The notes beneath the pieces were generated by a model that had not been told where the DNA came from, made no database searches, and worked only from the letters and a program-made list of their open reading frames with translations. 64,000 nucleotides of DNA, from assembly GCA_965262645.1 (NCBI GenBank), contig CBDHFO010000017.1, positions 1,252,134 to 1,316,133 of the forward strand, given 5' to 3'. Source of the DNA: Candidatus Marinacidobacterium sp. Lineage in GTDB: Bacteria; Acidobacteriota; Vicinamibacteria; Marinacidobacterales; Marinacidobacteraceae. The translations under genes were made by a program, and so were the position numbers. Below, piece by piece: positions 27,202 to 36,457 of the stretch; positions within the stretch are counted from its first letter, which is position 1; each line of letters starts with the position of its first letter.

Positions 27202-30018
27202 CTAGAAAGCGTGGCCGATCGTGAAATGCCACTGCCCGCGCGGGGCATCACCGATGTCGCCGAGGCGGATTCCGTAATCGAAACGCAGCGGCCCGAGCGG
27301 AGTGTTCCATCGCAAGCCAGCGCCTACGTTGTGGCCGAGGTCTCCCACCCGAAAGGAGTTCACTTCGCTGTAGACCCCGCCATGATCCGAGAAAACCGCG
27401 CCGCGCAGACTGCTCAGGATGGGGAATCGAACCTCCAGATTGCCGACGATCAGCAGGTTGCCACCGACCGGGTAACCGCTCGGGTCGAGCGGTCCCGCGC
27501 GGTCCAGTTTGTAACCACGCAAGGAGGTCGCTCCACCGGCGAAGAATCGCTCGGTGATCGGTACGAGAGCCGGCTCGTCCGCGCCCAGAGTCCACGCAAG
27601 ACCGAGTCGGCCCGCAACCGCAACGACTACCTGTCCCCCGACCGGGAAAAACAGATATTGCTGTGCGAGGCCCTTCAGGAAGGGCGCTCGGGAGCGGAGA
27701 AGTGCGGACGACCACTCCACATCCAGGATGCCGAAACGGCCCCGACGAGGATCCACCGGGTCATCGCGGGTGTCCGTGACCACGGAAGCCGACACCGCCG
27801 AGAGCCAGAGATTGTCCGCAAAGTTGCGGTCAATCTGATTCGGATTGATCTTCAGATCGAACAGCTCGCTCGTGGTCAGGTCATAGCGGAGAAAAAAACT
27901 TCGCCCGAGGACTCTCCGGGTAACCTGCACGCCGATTCCAGAGCGGATGAAATCCAGGCTCTCCCGGTCCTGCGACTCACGGAACGCGCTCACGAAGATA
28001 GGGACCTCGCCCTCCACGCTCTCCGCCCCCCGGTAGGTCGCCACCATCCGCGTGCCCTTGAGCGAAAACCGGCCGAACAGACTCAAGGTATGGCCCATCC
28101 CGAAGAGATTGTTCCGGGTCCATTCGCCATCTCCCCGGACCTGCTCGCGTTCGCTGTACCCCGCGCCGTAGCCGATGCTGGTGCGCGGGCCCTCCACAAC
28201 CCGGATCAGCACGTTGCGCTCGCTGATCGGTTCCTCGGGCTCGAGGAGATTCACGTCGACGCTGCGAAAGATCCCCATGGAAACGAGGCGCCGGCGCACC
28301 TCGAGGAGATCGCCGCTCCCCAGCGGATCGCCCTCCTCAAAAGGAAGCCGGGACCGGATCACTGAATCCCTCGTGGTATCGAGGCCCGCGACGATGATCC
28401 CTCCGACCGTGAAGTAGTTGCCGGGTCGGATCCGGAAGACGACCTCCGCATCGTGGCTGATCGGATCGACCGGAGCCTCGACCTCCACCACGGCTTCCAG
28501 ATATCCCCGGTTTCGATGAAACGTCTCGAGATCTTCGCGGGCGCCCACGATTTCTTCGGCTACGTAGGGTGTACCCGGCGCAATGGCGGCCACCTCCGAC
28601 AGGTCGGTATCGGTGAATGCGGAACCCCCTTCGAAACGCACCGCCCGCACCGAGGCCGCCGGACCCGGATCAACCCGCACATTGAGATCAAGCGAGAGGC
28701 CTTCGTCGGCCGGGACGGGCGGGCCCGGCTCCAGCGGCACCACCTCAACCCGGAAATAACCCCGCCGCCGCAGCGTTCGGCGCAGGCTGTCGGTCAGGGC
28801 CCTCCACTCTTCTTCGCGGTAGGGACGGCCGGGCCGCAGCGGCAGAAGGGCTTCGGCGACGCTATCCGCCTCCTCCGGAGGGGCGCCTTCCGATGAGACC
28901 GCGCCGACAACGTAACGCGGGCCCGGGTCGGCGGAGAACCGGAAGGTCTGCCGGAGCCCATCCGGACTCTCGACGCTCTCCACCACCACGGTACCGTCCC
29001 GATGTCCTTCCCGACGAAGCTCGGCAAGGAGTTGCTGCCTGGTCGCTTCGATCGCATCCAAAGTGAGCGTGCGCTCCGAAAGGGAATCCACGACGCGCTC
29101 GGCAGCCCCCCCGGAAGCACCGAACCCTTCCACTTCCAGGGTAACCTCGGGGCCGGGCTCCACCGACAGAACCACCCGAACATCTCCCGTGTCGATGGGC
29201 CTCCAATCGAGACTGGCAGTGGCGAAGAGGAAGCCTCGATCCCGAAGTCTTTCCTCGACTTCGGGAAGGCGCGCAGCAACTTCGGCTTCGAGCCAGGGAT
29301 CCTCTGGAGAAACCCGGAGCGCGGGGATGACGTTCCGGCCGAGCTCGTCTTCCACCCCGACGGCCTCGATGAAGGCGACCCGGGCGCGCGCTCCCGAGGT
29401 CACCCGCACCTCCAGGCGCGCATCGCGGCCGTCCGGCACGCTCCGGATGTCCACTTCCGCGGTCAGGTAACCCCGCGAGCGCAACCACCCTTCGGCTGTC
29501 GCTCCTCGAACGGGCAGGTCGTCCGGAACGGATTCGCCGACCTCGAGACCGAGCGTGGCGATCAGCCCCAAATCCTCTCCGGGAGGGGCACCGTCAACGC
29601 TAAACCGGGCGATACTTGGAATGGGGTCGAGTTCAAAGACGAGCCGAAGTCCCCCACCCGACGCCGCCTCGGAACGAATCCGGACGTCGCGGAAGCGTCC
29701 GAGAGCAAACACCTGCTTCACAGATTGCCGGGCGACCAGTGGCCGGAAGCGAGTTCCGGGACGAACCGAGATCAGCCGGGACACCTCTTCGGGTACCGGG
29801 TCGTTGCTCCCATCCGCCCAGCGCACCACCACCGACTCCACGCGCTGTGACAACGGATCTTCCGCCTGACCGGCGCCGGTCTGGCCAGCGGCAAGGCGCC
29901 CGCTCGGGATCGCCGACAAGCCAGCGGCGAGGAGGATCGCTCCCGGACGGCCTAGGCTGCGCCAGGAATCCTTAACGGCCTGTGGACAAAGTCGCACGGC
30001 ATTCAAGCGGCGATGCAT
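27202..30018 (-). CDS. bamA: outer membrane protein assembly factor BamA
   Basis: POTRA-like repeats, then a beta-barrel ending ...GLRWNTPLGPLRFDYGIRLG...WHFTIGHAF (C-terminal aromatic). The N-terminal 96 codons of the ORF run through F1 copy 8. The first usable in-frame start (ATG at 30018) lies inside the repeat, so the start is uncertain. Confidence 0.8.
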   Translation of the reverse strand: MHRRLNAVRLCPQAVKDSWRSLGRPGAILLAAGLSAIPSGRLAAGQTGAGQAEDPLSQRVESVVVRWADGSNDPVPEEVSRLISVRPGTRFRPLVARQSVKQVFALGRFRDVRIRSEAASGGGLRLVFELDPIPSIARFSVDGAPPGEDLGLIATLGLEVGESVPDDLPVRGATAEGWLRSRGYLTAEVDIRSVPDGRDARLEVRVTSGARARVAFIEAVGVEDELGRNVIPALRVSPEDPWLEAEVAARLPEVEERLRDRGFLFATASLDWRPIDTGDVRVVLSVEPGPEVTLEVEGFGASGGAAERVVDSLSERTLTLDAIEATRQQLLAELRREGHRDGTVVVESVESPDGLRQTFRFSADPGPRYVVGAVSSEGAPPEEADSVAEALLPLRPGRPYREEEWRALTDSLRRTLRRRGYFRVEVVPLEPGPPVPADEGLSLDLNVRVDPGPAASVRAVRFEGGSAFTDTDLSEVAAIAPGTPYVAEEIVGAREDLETFHRNRGYLEAVVEVEAPVDPISHDAEVVFRIRPGNYFTVGGIIVAGLDTTRDSVIRSRLPFEEGDPLGSGDLLEVRRRLVSMGIFRSVDVNLLEPEEPISERNVLIRVVEGPRTSIGYGAGYSEREQVRGDGEWTRNNLFGMGHTLSLFGRFSLKGTRMVATYRGAESVEGEVPIFVSAFRESQDRESLDFIRSGIGVQVTRRVLGRSFFLRYDLTTSELFDLKINPNQIDRNFADNLWLSAVSASVVTDTRDDPVDPRRGRFGILDVEWSSALLRSRAPFLKGLAQQYLFFPVGGQVVVAVAGRLGLAWTLGADEPALVPITERFFAGGATSLRGYKLDRAGPLDPSGYPVGGNLLIVGNLEVRFPILSSLRGAVFSDHGGVYSEVNSFRVGDLGHNVGAGLRWNTPLGPLRFDYGIRLGDIGDAPRGQWHFTIGHAF

Positions 30019-30209
30019 CCCGGCTGAAGCGCCCCCCCACCGGGAGAACTGGCGCTTCGCGTCGTTCGTCGTTGCGCTTCGGTCGAAATACACCCGGGCC
30101 AGTTCTCCCGGTGGGGGCTCCTCCCTCACGCGCCTTGTCAGCCGGACCCCCACCGGGACTGGGCCTCCCCGCTCTCGGCGCTCCCCCGGGTTCCACCACA
30201 GGCCGTTAA
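29972..30209 (-). repeat. F1 hairpin repeat, copy 8, reverse orientation (arms from two different subfamilies)
   Basis: TTAACGGCCTGTGGACAAAGTCGCACGG...GGTCGAAATACACCCGGGCCAGTTCTCCCGGTGGGGGCTCCTCCCTCACGCGCCTTGTCAGCCGG...GGGTTCCACCACAGGCCGTTAA. Confidence 0.9.
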
Positions 30210-30326
30210 GCCGGGCGGCCCGCTCGCAGAATCGCGGGGCCCAGGTCCTCTCGCGGGGGCTCACCCAGCGACCCGCAGTTCTTCCGGTCGGGGCCTCGTC
30301 ACTCACGCGAATTGATCCACGAGACC

Positions 30327-33300
30327 CTAGAAGCTCCGGTGAAAGCGGACATCCACGCCCAGCGAGCCATCCTGATCCCGCGAAAAGATCCAGGAAACCG
30401 GGCCGCTTGGTGTGTACTCGACCACGATGATGGACTCTTCAGCGTCCGAGAGGCTCGAGGAATAGCGGACGTTGAGATCCCGGGTCACCTGTTTGCCCAG
30501 GGTGACCCTGGCGGTCGGGTTGCTGAACCGGCCGATCATGAAGGGGTCGATGCTCACTCGGTCAATCCCGAAGACCCTGCCGGCGCGCCGGCCGATCATG
30601 TTGCTGAGCTGTTGGCTCAACAGGCTCGCCGCCGAGGCTGCCACGAGTTCGTCGTCGCTCGCCGCCGTCAGGAGATCCTGTTCGGGGGCGCCGGAGAGAA
30701 GCCGGAGAATGTCCGCCTCCCGAAGCGGAGGTTCAGAACTCAGGTTCGCGTCGATCTGCTCGGCCGTTCCCGATGCGGCCAGCCGCACGCGATAGCTGCG
30801 GACGCTGGTTTCCGCCTCGATGTCGAACACCGGTTCGATCCCTTCGGGATCGATGAAATCAGCGCGTCCGTCGACGATCTGGAAGCGATGCGCACCAAAG
30901 TACACCTCACCCCCGACGAGGTCGGCCCGACCCAACACCGCGGGTGACCCGGCCGTCCCCCGAAGGCCGAAATCGGCAATCGCATCGAGCCTGAAAATGG
31001 AGTTGCGGACCGCAAAGGGAGAGTCGGTCCCCACGCGGATGTCCATCCGGAGCTCGTCCAGAAAACCACTTGCCTCCGTTTCTCCGGAACGCGCGACGCT
31101 GTTGATGTCGGCGAGAATGCTGGCAAACAACTCATACTCGCGGCTCCAGACCGCGTCATCGAGGCGAACCTCCCCGGTGAGCAGGCGTCCGCTCTGGTCG
31201 CCCAGGAGCCGCAGGTCGGCATCCACCGTCGCGCTCAAATCGCTCGGATAACGCAAGCTGGAATCGGATAGCTGCACGCGGAGATCGGTGGCGGCGAACT
31301 CCGCGTCCTCGATCGAGATCGAGCCGGATACAACCGCGTCGCCGCCACCCATACGACCGATGACTTCCGCAATCCGGAGCGTCCGGCGATCGAAGTCCAC
31401 GGAGCCTTCCACGTCGCTCAGGGCGTGTGGAAACCCTTCGACCCGGAAAGAGCCGTTTCGGATCGTCCCCGTGCCCAGTACCTCCGGCTCCGTCCAGGGA
31501 CCGACGACCGCGGCCTCCAGACCGAAATCTCCATCTGCGGCAAGCCAGGGCACAAACGGTGCCGCGACCCGCAGCGATGTCTGCCCCAGGAGCGAAAAGT
31601 CCAGGAGCTGGTCATCGAGTCCGATCGAACCGGCCAGACCGAGTTGGCTGTCATCGTGGAGGAGGCGGAGTCCTTCGATGTGCACGCGCGCATCCTCGAG
31701 GCGGACGTGGGTCGGCCCTCCCGACTCGGCGACGAAGTCCGGCGCCGAGAGTTTCAGGGTTTCGAGGGTCGCCGTGCCGGTCATCCATTCGTCGAGCGGG
31801 TTCTCGATGTGGAATTCACCGGATCCGCCAACGAGGATCGAGATCCCCCGTTCGCCCGGGGCATCGAAGAGGATGGGAGCAACATCAACCTCTCGAACCG
31901 TAACGGTGCCGGCGCCGTCGGTGCCGAGCGGGACCCGCCCCTCCATCCGGAAGGACGCGGCTCCCGAATCCAGGGCTCCGCTGCCCTCGAAGTCTTCGCC
32001 GTGGACGGTTCCCGTGATGTCGCCGGGGCCGAGGGACAAGCCGAGGACGGCGACGTTGGGGACGCGTGCCTCAAGAAGCAGTTCGGGAACCAGCAGATCG
32101 CCGCCGACGTCGAGGCGAAAGTCGGAACGGATGGAAATCCATTCGGGTGCGAGACCGGGCGTCAGCGGGTAGTCGGTCCCGGTAACGAGACCTTCCATCT
32201 CCCAGTCGACAAGCCCGATGTCCAGGACTCCCTCGGCGGTTCCATCTCGAAACACTCCGCTCATGGGGGCCAGGCGAGCCTTGTCGCCATCCATGTTCCA
32301 GGTGATGGTCAACTGGTCGAAGGGTTGCTCCAGAACGTGTCCGGCGGAACCGACGACCGATCCCCCTCCCGTATAGCGTTCATCCCGCCGTACCGTGTGG
32401 CTCCGGCCGGTTGCTGTCCCGTCCGCTTCGAGATCCCACTCCAGAAAGTCAATGATCTCCCGAGCGTCCCATTGTTCCCAGTCGGCGTCGAATTCCATGT
32501 CCGGGTACTCAACCGCGGCGCGGTCGAAGCTCCCCGAGGCGGAGATCCGCCCCTCTCCGCGCCGCGCGGTCAGGCTGCCGAGCCAGATCGTGTCCCGTTC
32601 GATCCTGCCGGTCGCAATCAGCGTCTCCGTTTGGATCGTGGAGAAGCGCATCATCTGACCTTCGACCTCTCCCTCGAGCACAAGGTCGGGCCACCGGCCG
32701 CGCGCGATGCCTTCAAATCCGCCGGCGCCGGATACATCCCAAAAGGTCGTTTCGGGATCTTCCCCGAAGAGGACACGGCGAAGCTCCTGCTGGACAGCGT
32801 CCGCTTCGGCTGATTCTCCGGCCAGCGCGGTTCCCGCGATGCTGGCGTTGCCGGATCGGGGGTAGCGGCCTTCGAGGGTGCTGCGAAAAGCCTCTCCTTC
32901 GAGGACGACGCGGCGGATTCCGGTTCCCGTGTCATCCATCACCAGGTCCGTTTCAAAGCCGAGCGGCAACTCCTCCGGCCCGGTCTCATCCGGCCTCAGC
33001 CCTGCGGCCTGGATGGTCCCGGTCATCAACCCCGGGTCAGCGAGGGGCATGAGCAGGTCCGCGTCCAACGTCACCCGCGAACGCAGCGAGGTCGGCATGC
33101 CGAACAGGCCTTCGAGCGCGGGGGCCAACGCTCCGTCGCGGACGCTCAGAAGGATTTCCGCCGGGTTGTCTTCTCGTGGTTGCACCTGCAGCAATTCGAG
33201 GGTGGCCGGGCCATCGGACGCCAACCCCTCGGAGGAGAGGATCTCAATGCGCTCGGGATCCCAGTGCACGAGTCCCGTCCAATCGCGGAGCGGAACACCA

Positions 33301-34241
33301 TAGAACCGGCTTACCGGCAGTGCGAATCTGCCGTCGATCGCCAGACCGTTTTCCTGGAACCCCGCCGTCCCGTCGAACTGGACCCAGGGGTCTCCCTGGG
33401 TATCGATCCCTTCGTATTCGAACAGGAAACGACCGAGAGCACCGGCATCTCCGCTCCCGACCATCTTCAACCGTCCGGCCAGGTCGTTGGCCAGGTCCAT
33501 GGTTCCTTCGAAGCGGACCGCGAGCAAGTCGGAGCGGAGCTCGAGGAAATCGAAGTGGAGATCGTCCTGGCGGACCCGGAAGTCCGCCGACAGCGCCATC
33601 GGAAGGTCCGGCCGCTCCCAAAGACGGATCACCCCCCATCCGGACCGAATTTCACCGTCCACCCCCCCCTCTTCGCCGGTGTGCAGGCTGACCGCGACGT
33701 CATCCGCGCGCACTTCCCAGGGGGTGGGCCGATTCCGATACCCGATGGTGGTGCCCGACACCGACATTCGGTTCGACGAGAAAGACAGCCGCGTGGCCAC
33801 TGCCTGAATCGTCGGCCCGAGAGGAGCGGATTCAGGCTGCGGGTTTCCCCCGTCATCCAGACCCCAAAGACCCACTCCCTCTACAGCGAGGCTCTCCATG
33901 TGGAGGCGCGCCGGAAAGAGCGAACGCCAACTCAGTTTGCCGCGGACGCGGTCGATCGAAAATATCGGCGGCGCCGGCCCGATCTCCATCGGTTCCCTCC
34001 CGATCTGAAGACCCCGAAGGACGAACTCACCTTCGGCAAGCGATACCTCGAAACCGCTCGCCGCGACGGGGCGGCCCAGCGCAGCGCTGAGGCGGCCGGT
34101 GACTTGAACGAGCAGCCGCTGCGAATCCAGGTTCGACACCACCCAGAGGATTACGGCAATCGAAGCGAGGAGAACGGCGGAAGAACCCGCCAGCAGAAGC
34201 CAAAACCGGCGGAATCGGCGAGGTGGATCGGAAGAAGTCAC
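30327..34241 (-). CDS. tamB: translocation and assembly module protein TamB (DUF490 family)
   Basis: N-terminal anchor FWLLLAGSSAVLLASIAVILWVV and a very long beta-rich body. C-terminus ...VTLGKQVTRDLNVRYSSSL...VVEYT....W.F.... is typical of DUF490. The GTG start overlaps the BCCP stop (GTGA). Confidence 0.8.
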   Translation of the reverse strand: MTSSDPPRRFRRFWLLLAGSSAVLLASIAVILWVVSNLDSQRLLVQVTGRLSAALGRPVAASGFEVSLAEGEFVLRGLQIGREPMEIGPAPPIFSIDRVRGKLSWRSLFPARLHMESLAVEGVGLWGLDDGGNPQPESAPLGPTIQAVATRLSFSSNRMSVSGTTIGYRNRPTPWEVRADDVAVSLHTGEEGGVDGEIRSGWGVIRLWERPDLPMALSADFRVRQDDLHFDFLELRSDLLAVRFEGTMDLANDLAGRLKMVGSGDAGALGRFLFEYEGIDTQGDPWVQFDGTAGFQENGLAIDGRFALPVSRFYGVPLRDWTGLVHWDPERIEILSSEGLASDGPATLELLQVQPREDNPAEILLSVRDGALAPALEGLFGMPTSLRSRVTLDADLLMPLADPGLMTGTIQAAGLRPDETGPEELPLGFETDLVMDDTGTGIRRVVLEGEAFRSTLEGRYPRSGNASIAGTALAGESAEADAVQQELRRVLFGEDPETTFWDVSGAGGFEGIARGRWPDLVLEGEVEGQMMRFSTIQTETLIATGRIERDTIWLGSLTARRGEGRISASGSFDRAAVEYPDMEFDADWEQWDAREIIDFLEWDLEADGTATGRSHTVRRDERYTGGGSVVGSAGHVLEQPFDQLTITWNMDGDKARLAPMSGVFRDGTAEGVLDIGLVDWEMEGLVTGTDYPLTPGLAPEWISIRSDFRLDVGGDLLVPELLLEARVPNVAVLGLSLGPGDITGTVHGEDFEGSGALDSGAASFRMEGRVPLGTDGAGTVTVREVDVAPILFDAPGERGISILVGGSGEFHIENPLDEWMTGTATLETLKLSAPDFVAESGGPTHVRLEDARVHIEGLRLLHDDSQLGLAGSIGLDDQLLDFSLLGQTSLRVAAPFVPWLAADGDFGLEAAVVGPWTEPEVLGTGTIRNGSFRVEGFPHALSDVEGSVDFDRRTLRIAEVIGRMGGGDAVVSGSISIEDAEFAATDLRVQLSDSSLRYPSDLSATVDADLRLLGDQSGRLLTGEVRLDDAVWSREYELFASILADINSVARSGETEASGFLDELRMDIRVGTDSPFAVRNSIFRLDAIADFGLRGTAGSPAVLGRADLVGGEVYFGAHRFQIVDGRADFIDPEGIEPVFDIEAETSVRSYRVRLAASGTAEQIDANLSSEPPLREADILRLLSGAPEQDLLTAASDDELVAASAASLLSQQLSNMIGRRAGRVFGIDRVSIDPFMIGRFSNPTARVTLGKQVTRDLNVRYSSSLSDAEESIIVVEYTPSGPVSWIFSRDQDGSLGVDVRFHRSF

Positions 34242-34765
34242 GCGGATTTCGCGGGCTCCACGACGAACAGAAGTTCGCCACCCTCCATTGGAGTTCCCGC
34301 GATAGCCCTCATGTTAGCGATGACTCCGCCCTCCGGGGCCCGGATCTGGTTCTGCATCTTCATCGCTTCAAAAACCAACACACCATCGCCCGCGGCGACC
34401 CTGTCTCCTTCTTCCCGCACAAGGCGTACCACCTTGCCCGGCATGGGGGTTCGCACTTCGCATCGGCCGCCCGCCGCCCCCCGGGCGCCGGACTGCCGCC
34501 TGCCGGACTCGCCAGCGGCCTCCCGGCCGGTCCGGAAGCGATACGTATGTCCCGCGATCTGAACCACCAGATCTCCGGATCGCCCGCTGGAGACACCGGC
34601 TTCGGCGGTTTGGCGTCCGTGGGTCACGTTCCACCCGCCGGGGGCCGCGCGCGCGACCAGTTCCTCGTCGGCGCCCTCGATCCTTAGGTTCAGGGTGGCG
34701 TCACCGGGCTCCGCGTGTACCTCGACCCAAAGGTCGTGTCCGTCGAGAGTGAGTACCCGCCGCAT
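34238..34765 (-). CDS. biotin carboxyl carrier / biotinyl-domain protein
   Basis: C-terminal GDGVLVFEAMKMQNQIRAPEGGVI has the biotinyl-lysine motif (E)AMKM. Confidence 0.75.
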   Translation of the reverse strand: MRRVLTLDGHDLWVEVHAEPGDATLNLRIEGADEELVARAAPGGWNVTHGRQTAEAGVSSGRSGDLVVQIAGHTYRFRTGREAAGESGRRQSGARGAAGGRCEVRTPMPGKVVRLVREEGDRVAAGDGVLVFEAMKMQNQIRAPEGGVIANMRAIAGTPMEGGELLFVVEPAKSA

Positions 34766-36279
34766 TACATCCGGTCCCGATGCGCCTCGGAGACACCCGC
34801 AAATCGCCAGTGGGAGGACGAGGCGGAAGAGTTCTGCGAGCCGGAGCTTTCGCGCCGCCAGAGTTCCGCCGCCGCCGCTGCGAGAGCCAGGGGAGCGAGT
34901 GCCGCCCGGGCTCTCGAATCGTCTCCGTCTCCACCCAAGCCGGGAGCTGGCCAGTGGGCGGTGACGAATGAGGTATCGAAGTTCCCGCTACGGAACGGGT
35001 CGCCGGCGAGGACCCTTTCGAAAAACGGAAGAGTCGACGCTACTCCAACGAGTCTCGTTTCCCTCACCGCCCGCAGCGCCCGTCGCCGCGCCGTCTCCCG
35101 ATCGGGTCCGGAAGCGATGATCTTGGCGAGCAGGGGATCGTAGTGGGGTGACACGACGCTTCCCGAGGCAATCCCCGCATCGCACCTCACCCCAGGACCC
35201 GCGGGGGCGCGGAACTCGCGGATACGGCCGGTGGCGGGCACAAAACCGGCGAACGGATCCTCCGCGGTGATTCGGAGCTCGATGGCGGCCCCGGCAATCG
35301 CAACGTCCTCCTGCGCGAAACCGAGCGGTTCTCCGGCGGCTACCCGCAACTGGAGCACCACCAGATCCATACCCGATACGAGTTCGGTGACCGGATGCTC
35401 GACCTGGAGTCGCGCATTCATTTCGAGGAAGTAGAAGCGCCCCTGCGGATCGAGAAGGAACTCGACGGTCCCCGCGTTCCGGTAACCGGCATCGCGCGCC
35501 AGACGCACGGCCGCCTCTCCCATCGCCGCGCGCAGTTCCGGCGAAGTCGCGGGCGACGGACTCTCCTCGAGGAGTTTCTGGTTGCGGCGTTGGATCGAAC
35601 AATCCCGCTCTCCCAGATGGACGACGGAGCCGAAGTTGTCGCCGAACACCTGGATTTCCACGTGACGGGGGTTTTCCACGAAGCGCTCGAGAAACACCCG
35701 CGAGTCTCCGAAGGCGGCGTCGGCCTCGGATCGCGCCTCCCGGAAAGCGTCGTGGAGGTTGGCCGGCTCCCGCACGAGCCGCATCCCCATGCCGCCGCCA
35801 CCCGCGGCCGCCTTGATCAGGAGCGGGAATCCGATCCTGGCGGCAGCCCGCTCGGCTTCTGACTCCGACACGATGTCCGAGCCGGCCACGACCGGCACCC
35901 CGGCCTGAATGGCCGCCTCGCGAGCGGCAGCCTTGTCTCCCATCCGGCGCATCGCATCGGGAGGCGGTCCCACGAAAACGACACCGCGCTCGGCGCAGCG
36001 AGCCGCGAACTCCGCGTTCTCCGCCAGGAACCCATACCCCGGATGCAGGGCCTCCGCCCCCATGGAATGTGCGGCCTCGATCACTCGCTCGCCGTTCAGG
36101 TAGCTGTCGCGCGAGGCCGCTCCTCCCACTTCGAAGGATTCGTCAGCCAGGCGCACATGCAGGCTGTCCCGGTCCGCCTCGGAGTGGACCGTCACGGGAG
36201 AAACGCCCAGGTCGCGGCAGGCCCGGATGATCCGGACCGCAATCTCGCCCCGGTTGGCGATGAGGACGCGGCGGAACAT
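34765..36279 (-). CDS. accC: biotin carboxylase subunit of an acyl-CoA carboxylase
   Basis: MFRRVLIANRGEIAVRIIRAC..., HPGYGFLAEN, GGGGMGMR and EMNARLQVEHPVTE motifs. The stop overlaps the BCCP start by 1 nt (TAATG). Confidence 0.9.
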   Translation of the reverse strand: MFRRVLIANRGEIAVRIIRACRDLGVSPVTVHSEADRDSLHVRLADESFEVGGAASRDSYLNGERVIEAAHSMGAEALHPGYGFLAENAEFAARCAERGVVFVGPPPDAMRRMGDKAAAREAAIQAGVPVVAGSDIVSESEAERAAARIGFPLLIKAAAGGGGMGMRLVREPANLHDAFREARSEADAAFGDSRVFLERFVENPRHVEIQVFGDNFGSVVHLGERDCSIQRRNQKLLEESPSPATSPELRAAMGEAAVRLARDAGYRNAGTVEFLLDPQGRFYFLEMNARLQVEHPVTELVSGMDLVVLQLRVAAGEPLGFAQEDVAIAGAAIELRITAEDPFAGFVPATGRIREFRAPAGPGVRCDAGIASGSVVSPHYDPLLAKIIASGPDRETARRRALRAVRETRLVGVASTLPFFERVLAGDPFRSGNFDTSFVTAHWPAPGLGGDGDDSRARAALAPLALAAAAAELWRRESSGSQNSSASSSHWRFAGVSEAHRDRM

Positions 36280-36376
36280 CAGGTGGTCGGCCACCTGCCA
36301 GGATTTTTCCCGAGCCGCAACGTCGCCCACGGCAGCAGGGAACGCATCCCGTACGCGTTTTCGGCCATCACCCCGG

Positions 36377-36457
36377 CAGTCCGTGGACAGTGTTCTGGCG
36401 GCCCGGTCCTCCCGCGGGAGGCTTGGCGCTCACACCACTCTACCCACAGGCTGTTAG
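36377..36457 (-). repeat. F1 repeat, short internally deleted copy, reverse orientation
   Basis: CAGTCCGTGGACAGTGTTCTGGCGGCCCGGTCCTCCCGCGGG...GGCGCTCACACCACTCTACCCACAGGCTGTTAG. Resembles the deleted copy at 51153..51276. Confidence 0.6.

Noticed and set aside
30019-30306. 96-codon N-terminal extension of the bamA ORF, and likewise 2006..2581 for the HEAT gene and 8323..8607 for the amidase
   Set aside because: These extensions are translations of F1/F2 repeat DNA (PPGELARVY-type strings), not protein sequence.
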